This document shows, piece by piece, positions 38,530-49,193 of a stretch of DNA of 64,000 nucleotides. Below the pieces are notes generated by a model. The model was not told where the DNA came from, searched no databases, and worked only from the letters and a program-made list of their open reading frames with translations. The stretch is from Camelus ferus. Its lineage: Eukaryota. Position 1 is the first letter of the stretch, and the number at the start of each line of letters is the position of its first letter. The stretch is from assembly GCF_009834535.1 (NCBI RefSeq), contig NC_045707.1:46750001-46814000 (forward strand), read 5' to 3'. The translations under genes and the position numbers were made by a program.

Positions 38530-39213
38530 TTTCTTTAACTGAAGTATAGCTGATTTACAATATTGTTAGTTTCAGGTGTACAGCACAGTGATTCAGAATT
38601 TTTGCAGATTATACTCCATTACAGGTTATTATAAGATAATGGCTATAATTGCCTATGCTACACATTACATCCTTGTTACTTATTTATTTTATACTTAGTG
38701 GTTTGTGCCTGTTAATCTCATATACCTAATTTGTCCCTTCCCCCTTCCTTCTCCCGTTTGGTGAACACAAGTTTGTTTTCTATATCTGTGAGTGTGTTTC
38801 TGTTTTGCATATACATTCATTTGTATTACTTGTTTAGATTCCACACATAAGTGATATCATACAGTATTTGTCTTTCTCTGACTTATTTCACTAAGCATAA
38901 TATTCTCTAGGTCCATCTGTGTTGCTGCAAATGGCAGGATTTCATTCTTTCTTATGGTGGAATAACATTCCATCCATATATGTATATATGTATGCGTGTG
39001 TATATGTATATATTTTATACACCCCCCCCACATCTTCTTAATCCAATTGTCTGTTGAGGGGTACCTGGGTTGCCTCTATGTCTTAGCTATTGTGAATAGT
39101 GCTGCTATGAACATTGGGGTGCATGTATCTTTTCAAATTAGTGTTTTCATTTTTTCCAGATATATACTTAGGAGGGGAATTGTTGGATGGTATGGAAATT
39201 CTATTTTTGTTGG
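38530..39213 (-). mobile_element. 5'-truncated L1 3' end with 13-bp TSD
   Basis: tgaagtatagctgatttacaatattgt ... tgtgaatagtgctgctatgaacattggggtgcatgtatc. TSD aaaaacatttctt (38517-38529) / aaaaacacttctt (39214-39226). Confidence 0.9.
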
Positions 39214-39499
39214 AAAAACACTTCTTGATACGCATCCTAGTGGATATGCTAATGGCTGGCTTTGTTCTCTCAGACTTAGACTTTCTGTGCCTCTATGAAT
39301 CAGCAACTGCTATGTAGTGGTTGAACATATGTATTCACATTGACTACATTTAGTTACTCTGATGTTCCTCAAATTAAATGAAATGTCCACTACAACAGAT
39401 TCTATCTAAAATTGTATGATGTTGGGAGTATTCCAAGTCAAAGTTAAGATTGTGCTCCTGGAAATGTAAGTTGACCGTTTACCTACACGAATATTTAGA

Positions 39500-40685
39500 G
39501 TTTACCTTTATTTATAATATATTCCCTACCTCCTCCCCAACCCCTGCCTCTCCCAAGGTCTTTCTCAAATCAGTTTAAAATTAGTCCATCCTTCCATTTG
39601 TTTAGGACACAAGTCTTGATGTTTCATTATTGATTTCTTTTTCATTTTAACATCACATCCAATCCATCAGCAAATCCATTTAGTTCTACCTTCAAAATAT
39701 ATTCAGACCCTGATCCCTGCTCACCACCTCCACGCCACAGGACACGTACCCTGGAAGCTGACTCTGAGATGGAGTAGTGGGCAGGAGGGTTATTAGGGAG
39801 TGCTCCTGGGATTCACACCTGGGAGAGGGAAGGAGACAGGCTTGGCGAGAGGGAGCAGTGGAGCTGTGACACTGTCATGATGAAAGCCTGAGCTGACTCC
39901 ATGAGGAGCTCTGAGCCGGGGTGGCCCTTGGGCGCAGTCCTGAATTGAGGTGAGGGAGCGAGGCTTTATACCCCTTACCTTCAGGTCACACGCTGGACAC
40001 ACACTGCCCCAGGAAGGGGGAATGCCAAGGGTCAAGATGGCTGTCTTCAGAGAAGGCAGCTCTTGAAGAGGACTGACCGCTGAAGGCCACTAGCTGGAGA
40101 CCTCCCAGCTGCTGGAGAAATAAATTTTTCATCCCTGAAGGGGATCTGAGCACCATATCACACATCCATATACTTTGCCATGACTATCCTGATCCAAGCC
40201 CCTGTCTTCCCGGGATTAGTGTAACAGCCTTTTCATTATTTCCCTGCTTTGGTCCTCTTAAAATGTCAGCTAGAGCGAGTCTTTGAAAAATGTAAGTTAG
40301 ATGATGTCATTGCCTCTGCTCAAAACCATCCAGTAGCTTCCCATCTCACCCTGAGTAAAAGCCAAAATCATCACAATGGCCTGTCAGGTCCCATCATCCC
40401 CCACCCCCATGAAGCGCTCCAGCCTCGGCCGCCACCACTTGTCTGCCTGCCCACTGCAGTCTCGCTACTCTGCCCTCCTTGTTATTCTTTGAAAACGTTT
40501 GGCAAGTTCTCATCTCGAGCCTTCACATTTTACTCTTCCCTCTGCCCAAACTTCTCTCACGGCAGTGTCAAGGAGTCCTATGAGGGGAGAAATTTCGGAC
40601 TGATGCGTTGGCTGCTATATCCCCAGTATCTATATCCATGCCTAGCACATAACAGGGATGCAAAAAATACATGTTGAATGAATTT
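39500..40685 (+). mobile_element. L2 fragment interrupted by an MaLR-type LTR (~39735-40170)
   Basis: cacatccaatccatcagcaaatcc...ttctaccttcaaaatatattcaga, with L2 3' end gcctagcacataacaggg...tgttgaatgaat. The GC-richer insert begins ggaagctgactctgagatggag. Confidence 0.7.
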
Positions 40686-42428
40686 CTGTAAGTTACAGAA
40701 AGAGCTTCCATGATTGGCCCAAATTGAAAGTTGTTCCATAGGTTCTCTAGGCCTCCAGAAAAGCTGGAACAGCTTTGATTGCTTTCCCTTTGTTAAGCTT
40801 TGGTTATGCAGGCCATTCCATTTTCTTTACCCAAATTAAAGGAGGAGATAGCTTAAGTGTCCTAAACAAGATGCCAGAATTCTGTTTTTATCTCATACAC
40901 AAAGCTTACAAAAATGATTTTCTCTTTCAGATTTGTTCTAGGCTCTTAAAAGTTGAAGAAGATACAGCCTTTGACAATGTTCAGCTTCATCTGTGCTCCT
41001 CGAAAGTAGTGATGGTTAAGAAATCCCCCCAGTCTTTTGTGTTCCAAGAAATGGCTAAATACTGGAAAGGATGACCCAGCCTTTCCATATTCTGAGATAA
41101 GACCCACCTCTATCCTTTTTCATGAGTCCCAGAAGGTTTGCCAATGACTCCCTTGTTCACTTGCCTCTGTAAAACCCAGTCCTCCTTCCTTTTTTTTGAT
41201 TCATTCCTCATTAATAAATATTCTCTATATTGCAAAATTATATCCATAACTGGTATATTCTATCTCCCACACTTTCATAAAGAGAAGGCTTGTGTTGAGA
41301 GGATTTATTTTTAGCCTCAGAGATAGTGTCTGTTGGAAAATCAGCAGCTGACAATGGTAAGTGACAAAATAATTCTTGACAACAGACAACAGACAACCAA
41401 AGGGTCTACTCCCTCAGTGGAAAGCCAGCATGGAGCTCTGTTCCATAGCAGTGAATAATTACTACTCCCAGAGGCTGGCAGGAACTTGATTCAAGCAGAT
41501 GGTTGGACAAAAAGATATTGTTGAAAATAATTTCCTAGTATATAAAGTAAATGTGGCTGTATATAATTTTCTCCTGAAATTAACTATCTCCAATATGCTG
41601 GGTACAAAAGTCTCAGTCCTTCCCTGACTAGGATCCCTGGTTCTAAAGAAATGGGGTGGAGGCAGGAGGCTCCTAGAAGCTAGAGATTGTCATACCTTGC
41701 ATGTCTGCAAGCTCTTACCTTTCCAGGAGGTGGGACTGAGAGGGCAACTAACCTGCCCTCTCACAGGACAAAAGACCTGTGACCAGCTGTATAAAGATCA
41801 GGGTTTAAACAAATGGCTTCACATTTATTCTAATATCTTGGTTAGCCCTTCATATAACAGTTTACATTCTAGTGCAACCCAACAGAAACACTTAGCTCCG
41901 TTCTGTTGGACACAAGGCCTCCAAATATTCTACAAAACCAGAAAAATAATCAGTCAAGCCTAGATGCTGAAGCAATCTGGTTTCCAGGGGCCCATTTAGA
42001 ACCTACAGACTTAGGGTTCTTGGGGTGAGCCAACTGGATTCAGGTTTCTTGGGAATCCCCTAAAAGTTATATGCCAAATATTGTGTGTATATGTGCACAT
42101 ACATGTGCATTTTTCCAAAGAATTGTTCCACAGGCTTTTCACATTCTTAAAGGGATCCATGCCCTGTGAATGGATAAGAACCACTATTTATTATAGATAT
42201 TCTGGGCTTTTTAAAGAAATATTCCCTAAACAGATCCCCCTCATCCTTGGCTATGACATGACCAGGAGCACCAAGTTCACCACAAGTCTATGAATGGGCT
42301 TACTTACTTCACTTGTAGGCACTTGGTCTTCTCTTGGGATCAGCAATGAGATGATTAAATCAAGTCATTTCCTAGAAGCTGATGAGAGGGAGGTTATATG
42401 ATCAAATCCAAATCCAACCATTTGATAC

Positions 42429-42900
42429 TGTCTTAATCTGTTAGGGCTGCTATAACAAAATGCCATAGACTGAGTAGCTTATAAACAACAAAAACTTATT
42501 TTTTTTTCTTTTTAATGGAGGTACTGGGGATTGAACCTAGGACCTCGCACATGCTAAGCATGTGCTCTACCATTGAGCTATACCCCACCCCCATCCCCCA
42601 ATAAAACTTATTGCTCACAGTTTTGGAGGCTGAAAAGTTCCAGATCAAGGCACCAGTGTGGTCACATTCTGGTGAAGGCCCTCTTCTGGTTCATAGCTGG
42701 GGCCTTCTCGTTGTGTTCTCACATAGTGGGAGGGGCTAGGGAGATCTGTGGGGTCTCTTCATAGGGGCTCCACCCTCGTGACCTAGTCACCTCCCAAAAG
42801 CCCCATCTCTTAAACACACTCACCTTTAGGGGTTAAGATTTCAACAGGTGAATTCGGGGGGGGGGGGGTTGGCAGGGGACACAAACATTGGACCAGAGCA
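42429..42900 (-). mobile_element. MLT1A-like MaLR solo LTR
   Basis: tgtcttaatctgttagggctgctataacaaaatgccatagactg...gctcacagttttggaggctg...ggggacacaaacatt...agca. TSD gatac/gatat. Confidence 0.85.
42501..42602 (-). mobile_element. Camelid tRNA-derived SINE (vic-1-like) nested in the MLT1A LTR
   Basis: Minus strand: gggtatagctcaatggtagagcacatgcttagcatgtgcgaggtcctaggttcaatccccagtacctccattaaaaa. Perfect TSD aaaacttatt at 42491-42500 and 42603-42612. Confidence 0.9.
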
Positions 42901-44587
42901 GATATTTTCCACAAAAATTCTCCATTAAGAATGTAATCTGACACCAAAAATAGCACTGGCTAGAGACAGAATGTGAAAATGAAATGGAAACATATGACTA
43001 CTACCAAGATGCTGGATCCATTTTTTTCTTTTTAAGTACTGAAATCTGGATTTCACAGTCTATGTTTTGAATTAATAACAGCTTTTAGAATTATTGCCAT
43101 ATATTTTGCATAATTTTAACAGACAAGGCTTAACTGGCTCACTAAACTGTGCCTCTGTGAGATTTTAATTTTCTTATAAAAACAGCAAATGCCAATGAGA
43201 TAGACATCCCTGTTCTTCTGTTTACAGTTCTAAGAAGTAAACAGGCAGTTATTACATTAAAAACATTCCTTGTATCCCAGCAACTTCTAATTTTGATCTG
43301 CGGGGCTTTTAGAGGAAGAACTAAGGGCTAGAGATGGCACAAAGAACCCCAAATATGCCTGACATCTAAAACCTGAAGCCTGATCTGATTCCACTGCAGT
43401 TAAATAAATCACATGCTTCTCGACAATATTGTTGTCTTGATGTATTGAATGGGATAATATTGGCCACTCAGTCTATCAATAAGATTCTCTTAGTTTCTAA
43501 ATTGCTTTGAGACAGTAACTTAGAGGCATCTTGGAGACCCATGGCAAGAAGTGCCATTTGTCAAACTGGATGTAAAACAAATTAGGAATTCTGGTATCCA
43601 TATGTATTAACTTCCCTTAAAGGGACAAACATACTAACTTGGGAAGAACTTACAAAAGCTCAATTGAAGTATCACCTCCTTGGTGGGCAATCTAATTGCT
43701 CCCTCCTCTGTGTTGGCCAAACAGTACCATGATTGCTGGCTGTTATGTTTGTCTCTCTAACAGGCCAAGCTCCTACAGGGCTGGGACTGTGTCTTATTTA
43801 TCTTTGTATCTCTGGTAGTGCACACAAATTGCTAGCTTGCTGACTGTAGGGATTCATTTAATGATGGACAAGTTAGATCAGAATCCCATCCCAGTTCTGA
43901 ATATGCTCTGAAGTGCACCAACCAGTTCCTACTCCTTGTCTTTAGAGTCCTGGCAAAAGTACTGCATACCCATGCATTTTCTATTTTTACATGCAAATCA
44001 CAGCAGGAAAAGGTGACTCTGACCCTCACACTTCTCAGGGCCCTAGTAGAGTGAAGAATATTAGAAAAACCCTGAGAGCTAAAATAATTCAACTCAATGA
44101 TTCAGCAAAACATTTTTCTGTGCCTGGCCCTGTTCTAAGCTTTTTATGGGACTCTCACTACAAGCACAGTACTGTTACTGTATACACTACATATGAGGAA
44201 ACTGGCACAGAAAAGTGGAGTAACTTGCCCCAAAGAAGGAGACTATGTGAGCATTTCCCATGCCTCTCACCTCGAAGCATATCAGAGTGAATCCTTTTCT
44301 CCTTGGAGCTCCCACAGCCTCATTACTCAGGCATGGACCCTACTGCCTCATGTGATTACAGACCCATGTCAGACTCATTGGCCAGTGAGTCCCTGGAGGA
44401 CTGGGACTGTAATTATTGGTCATCTTTTTGCCTCCCCACTTAGCAGAGTGACCAGTTTTCAGGAGCTTCCCCAAAAAATGTCTGCTGAATAACTGAATGA
44501 GGGAGTCTCTTTCCAAAACTACTACTTCCGGGGACTTCTCCAGAGAAAGGGATGAAGATAGACTCATCCTACTGCCCCAGCTGCCTT

Positions 44588-44624
44588 CGTGTGTGTGTGC
44601 ATGTGCATGCATGCACACACACGC
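44588..44624. repeat. Alternating purine-pyrimidine (TG/CA) quasi-palindrome
   Basis: cgtgtgtgtgtgcatgtgcatgcatgcacacacacgc. Confidence 0.85.
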
Positions 44625-45011
44625 TCCTGCCTCCCACAAGAAACTTCCACAGTACCTGGGGAACTAACTGGAGTTTAAGACCAACTCTCTTTATTTTGCT
44701 TGAGTAAAAGTAGTTTTGAAAATTATTTTTAAAAACTTTTAGAAAGGCAAAGGAATTTTTTTAATGTGCAACTTTAAACCAGGCAAGTCCACTTCTAGGA
44801 GTTTACCCTAAGAATCCTCATGGCCCAGAGGCTATACATATAAATCTCTGTAGGGGCTGAGCAGCAGGTAAGACATGTGCACTCTGTGACGGTGGGGATG
44901 GTGGCAGCTAGAATGGGCCTGCCCATTATTACCATGGTCACATGGGGGACCCAGAGTAGCCCAATTTGGTTTTTCAACAGGGTCCAGAAATCTCAATTTT
45001 AAAATACTGGC

Positions 45012-45500
45012 TGTGGTAGATTGCAAAAAAAATGGACCCAAATTATCCCCTTCCCTCTCGCCATGCCCTCTGGTAGAGCCCTCCCTCACTGACTCTGGGC
45101 TGGTCTTGGGACTAGCTTTAGCCAGTGGGATATTAACAAAAGGGATGCAAACAGAAGCTTCAATGGTGCTTCCACACTGGGGCTTGCCTTCTTGCTGCCC
45201 AGGGAACCCCTGCCACCACTGCCAAGTGAGGGAGGCGGGGCAAACTTCTTGGATGGAGATGTGTGACTGAGGCACTTCTTTTGCCCCAGGCAATAGCATG
45301 TCACTTACCAGACATGTGGATGAGGCCATCCTAGATCATCCAGCCTCAGTCAGAAGCCATCAGCTGACCACAGATGCACAGAGCCCAGCACAGACCAGTG
45401 GGTCAGCCCAGATCAGAACAGTCCAGCTGGCTCCTGTGAGCTAAGATTTAAGCCAATATATGTTGGGATGGTTTGCTATATAATAAAAGTTAATTGACCA
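45012..45500 (+). mobile_element. MLT1G-like MaLR LTR
   Basis: tgtggtagattgcaaaaa..tgg; ctgactctgggctggtcttgggactagcttt; cagacatgtggatgaggccatcctagatcatccagcc; tttaagcca...tggtttgctat. Confidence 0.7.
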
Positions 45501-48485
45501 CAAAATTTAGATCTGTTTAAAGCTAAACAAAGGAGGGATCAAGCTCATTTAACCTCTGGTGAATGTAAATATTTAACAAGGACTTCCTTTGCATTACTAT
45601 TTATAATAGTGAAAAAGACAAAACCACTTTAAGATCCATCTAATGTAATAAGAAAGTGGTTAGCAAGTGAGGGAGTATGCAGATACCGGAAAGGTAGGCA
45701 CCATTAAAAATGATGGTGTAGACTAGCAGCCACGCACAGATCAAACCTGGGGTCCCACCACATTTGGATCAATAGGCACAATATTACTGTCCCCAGAACA
45801 CACACTACCGCAGGAATCGAACACTGAGCTGAGTGGATCACATGGTGCAGTGGACAGGGCTGTAAGAAAGAGACAAAAAAGCTCAGAATAAAGCCCAGAA
45901 CACTTACAGGAATGTGCTCAACTTTGCTTTTTGAGGATATGAGTTCACAGTGGGAGCAGTAAACAGCTCTACTCAAGTAATGACACGGCTCTAAAGAAGG
46001 ACCAAGCAAACAGTGAGGTTATGGTGGATGTTTTGGCAGCAAAAAGACATTGTTAACTTAATGGCTAGTGTCTTTTAATTTCTTCAAATATGCTGTTGAA
46101 AATTATTGAAAGTGTGCTCCAGACACAAAGGATGTCGAAAATCACTGGTACAAAAGAACCCTTAATGACATGGAAAGATAGTTATATGTTAAATAAAAGA
46201 AGCCAGTTGTAAAACAGCATGTACGACACAACCCATTTTTGTTATAGGAGGAATGTGCAAGCATAGGAGAGAAACTGGAGGGCAGAGATCAAAACTGGGC
46301 TGTAATGGTGGTTATCTATGGAAGATGGGAGTAGGAGCAATTCTTATTTTTCTTCCTTCTTGCTTATTTTTTTCAAACTGCTATAAAAAATGATGTACAA
46401 TTTTTGCACTGAGAAAACTTCATAGAAGTTACAGATTTTAAAAAGTTACTCTTGCATGTGCACGCATGTGCATATGGGCATAAACTCCAAACCAAAGCGG
46501 AGAGAGACATTTTTACCCTTTTCTTTTGGTCAGTGCCTACAAATGCTCTGCCACCTCCCTATACACATTCAGATTTTCTTGAGGGTAGGCAATCTCTCAA
46601 ATCTTCTTCTGTGCAAAAACACGTGGACTCCGTGCAGGCATATCAGCTATCTGATTCTCCTGGGAGGCAGGCAGATGCCATGCGGCCTCACTCTTTGCAG
46701 CCAGAGATAGAAATGGGGCAGTGGTTTGATGCTTAGTTCTTCCATTCTGCAAATCACCTGCAAAAATCTGAGCAACCCGAAGTAGGTACAGCTACCTTTT
46801 GACGGTGGAGATGTCCTGCTCCTTAAGGGCAACTTGTCAGCACTAACACCCCTGCAGCCCATCATGGGCCAGTTCATCATGAACTGACAGAGCACACACG
46901 TGTCTGTGCACAGTGGAGGGAAGGTGACCTGGCCAATCATCAGACCTACTTCTAAAATGCCATCTAGTTAGATGCATCAGAGCCCAGCTTTACTCATTCA
47001 TCTATAAATGTGGTGAGAACAAAAGTCAAAGTGACTCTGTTAGCAAACCCAGGGGGATGAATAGCAACGTAAAAAGTCCAAGGTTCAAAATGACAAGCAG
47101 TTCATTGACGATGCCCTGGAATTACAGTCTATAATTGGGCACAGTGAGGGGGCCAAAAATCTGAGGATTTTACAAGATAATGAATTAATGACTGGGCTGC
47201 ACAATGGAAAATTAGAGCTGATAAGGCCAGTAGACCATTCTTCGGACCTAACAGTTTGTTGAACCGTTAAATAACTGATCCTTTTTAGGAAAGGAAAATG
47301 TGTTCCCAGACATCTGAAAGGATGTTATCAACACACCACTGTCATCTTTTATGAGCACTCACTTTCTGTTCAACCTTACCACTCTGTATGCTTGTCCTCA
47401 GAACGGAGAGAGGTAAACAGGATAATTTTTTCCCTTTGAAAAATTCCAAGTTAGTTTAGGATTAAGAAATAGATTCTCCAATTATTCAGAAGGACAGACC
47501 AGACTGGGAATGTTCGCCTATCCCTCTCTTGATTGGACTCACCGTGGATTTAATACAATCATATCACATCTTAAAGCTTAGCAAGAAACGTGGTGATAGC
47601 ACTTCCTCCCACAGTGCCCTCGGCTTTAGCCACTGCTCAGTTGGGTCTGCGAACTGCATTCACATTCAGCCACAGCAGTGAATTAACAGCTATCATTTCC
47701 CAAGAGCTGACCACGGGCCAGGCACTCCTTCCATCATCGCAAAAATCTTGGAGGTGGGGATGGTCATTCTTCCTTCTACAGGTGAGGAAACTGAGGCTTA
47801 GAGAAGTGATGAAGCTTGACCAGGGAAATGCTGCCAGCAGAAGAGCAGTGAACTTTGCCCAGAAGCATGTGAGAGGAGGAGGCAGCATCGTGGGGCAGCT
47901 GGAAAGGGCGCAGGGGTGCAGAGCTCCAGACTCACTCTGGCTCATTCGCCCCAGGCAAGTCTCATCTTGCTACAGAAGAGGGCTCACCTCTCCTACCCAA
48001 CTACTTCATAGGATTTTTGTGAGGGCCAGATGAGATCACATATACAAAAAGTCTTGAAAACAGTAAATACCATGTGTTATTAATAAAAAGTCAGAAGACT
48101 AAATCATAGTCCTTAGGAGCACAACACTTCAATCATCAAGGCTTCAATGAAAGACCACACAGCCCCTGCCCCCAAACAATCCTTTAAGTAAAGGGCACAC
48201 GATTTTCTTAAGCAATCTTTTAAAGATAGAGGGCTCAAGTATGCATGCTGGTACTTGAACTGATCTTTGCAGGTGGCTTTAGTGTCTTGCAGACATCCTG
48301 CCTGAGCTATTTCTCTTGACTACAGAAAGTAACCACTTCATTGTTATTATCAATTCTGTTCCAAAGAAGGGACTATTGTAATTTTACACCCTTAATGTAT
48401 GCAATACCAGAATAAATAAAACAAAACAAAACAAATAAATAATACTTTCTCATGAAAGGGCCACATTATATACATTAACTCACTT

Positions 48486-48491
48486 TTTATT
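48486..48491 (-). terminator. Polyadenylation signal AATAAA (likely main CRADD site)
   Basis: Plus-strand tttatt at 48486-48491. A U/GU-rich element (ttatttatttgttttgttttgt on minus) lies downstream at ~48410-48442. Confidence 0.7.
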
Positions 48492-48554
48492 ATCATCATC
48501 ATTATTAATAGCTAAGTCCACAGTTCAGTTACCAGGCAACATAAAAGTGGATGT

Positions 48555-48560
48555 TTTATT
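48555..48560 (-). terminator. Proximal polyadenylation signal AATAAA
   Basis: Plus-strand tttatt at 48555-48560, ~70 nt upstream (in transcript sense) of the other hexamer. Confidence 0.45.
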
Positions 48561-48891
48561 TATAGGACACCTGTATTTTTTTTTTGAGCCACTATGATTT
48601 ACCAGTCTATTAAAAGGCAACCACACAATTAAAACCTACAGAATTCAAATAATGCAATCTTTGAGCAATCAGAAGCAATGGATTGCCAATTCAGTGTGGG
48701 AGATCTGCTAAGTAACCCTGCCTTTCAAATAATGTCAAGTGGAAATCCCATTATCTCCTTCGATCTAAGGACCACTAGAAAGAAAAGCCCTTCCCCGCAA
48801 AAACTCCCCAAATCTACCTGCCCTTGGTGAGAGTCAGGATTCGGCACATGTGACTGGGGGAAGAACTCCCCAGGAGTTGATGGAGGTGCCA

Positions 48892-49193
48892 TCATTCCAA
48901 CATGTGCTGGAGCACCGAGGGGTCCACCTCCACAGCCTGGAGTCCCCTGTGCAAGCTCTGGAAGGTAGCCTGCTTCCCGTAGCGCTGCCTCCAGCGGACG
49001 AAGGCCTCCACCATCTGTGACTGCACGTTGTTGGGGTGGTTGGCCTTACAGCGATAGATGTCAGTCTGGGACAGCCCCAGAGACAGCACCACAGGTTCCC
49101 ACTCAGGGCCCAGCCTCTGGGCCAGCTGGTTGATCTGCCGGTCCGACGGGGAGCTGTTGAGGATGTGTGGGGGGATTCCTGTCATCCAGTCAT
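48892..49193 (-). CDS. CRADD: CRADD/RAIDD last coding exon (death domain, ~aa 100-199)
   Basis: Translation (x)[101 protein letters not shown] closely matches the human RAIDD C-terminus as recalled. The minus-strand acceptor is ttttctccccag|AT (AG at 49195-49194). The 302 nt equal 2 nt of a split codon plus 100 codons including TGA (48894-48892), giving a 199-aa protein if the upstream exon has the human length. Confidence 0.97.

Larger units (their letters stand above)
48465..48891 (-). other. CRADD: CRADD 3' UTR (3' end approximate)
   Basis: Non-repeat sequence following the TGA, containing two minus-strand AATAAA hexamers and followed by a U/GU-rich tract. Confidence 0.7.
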
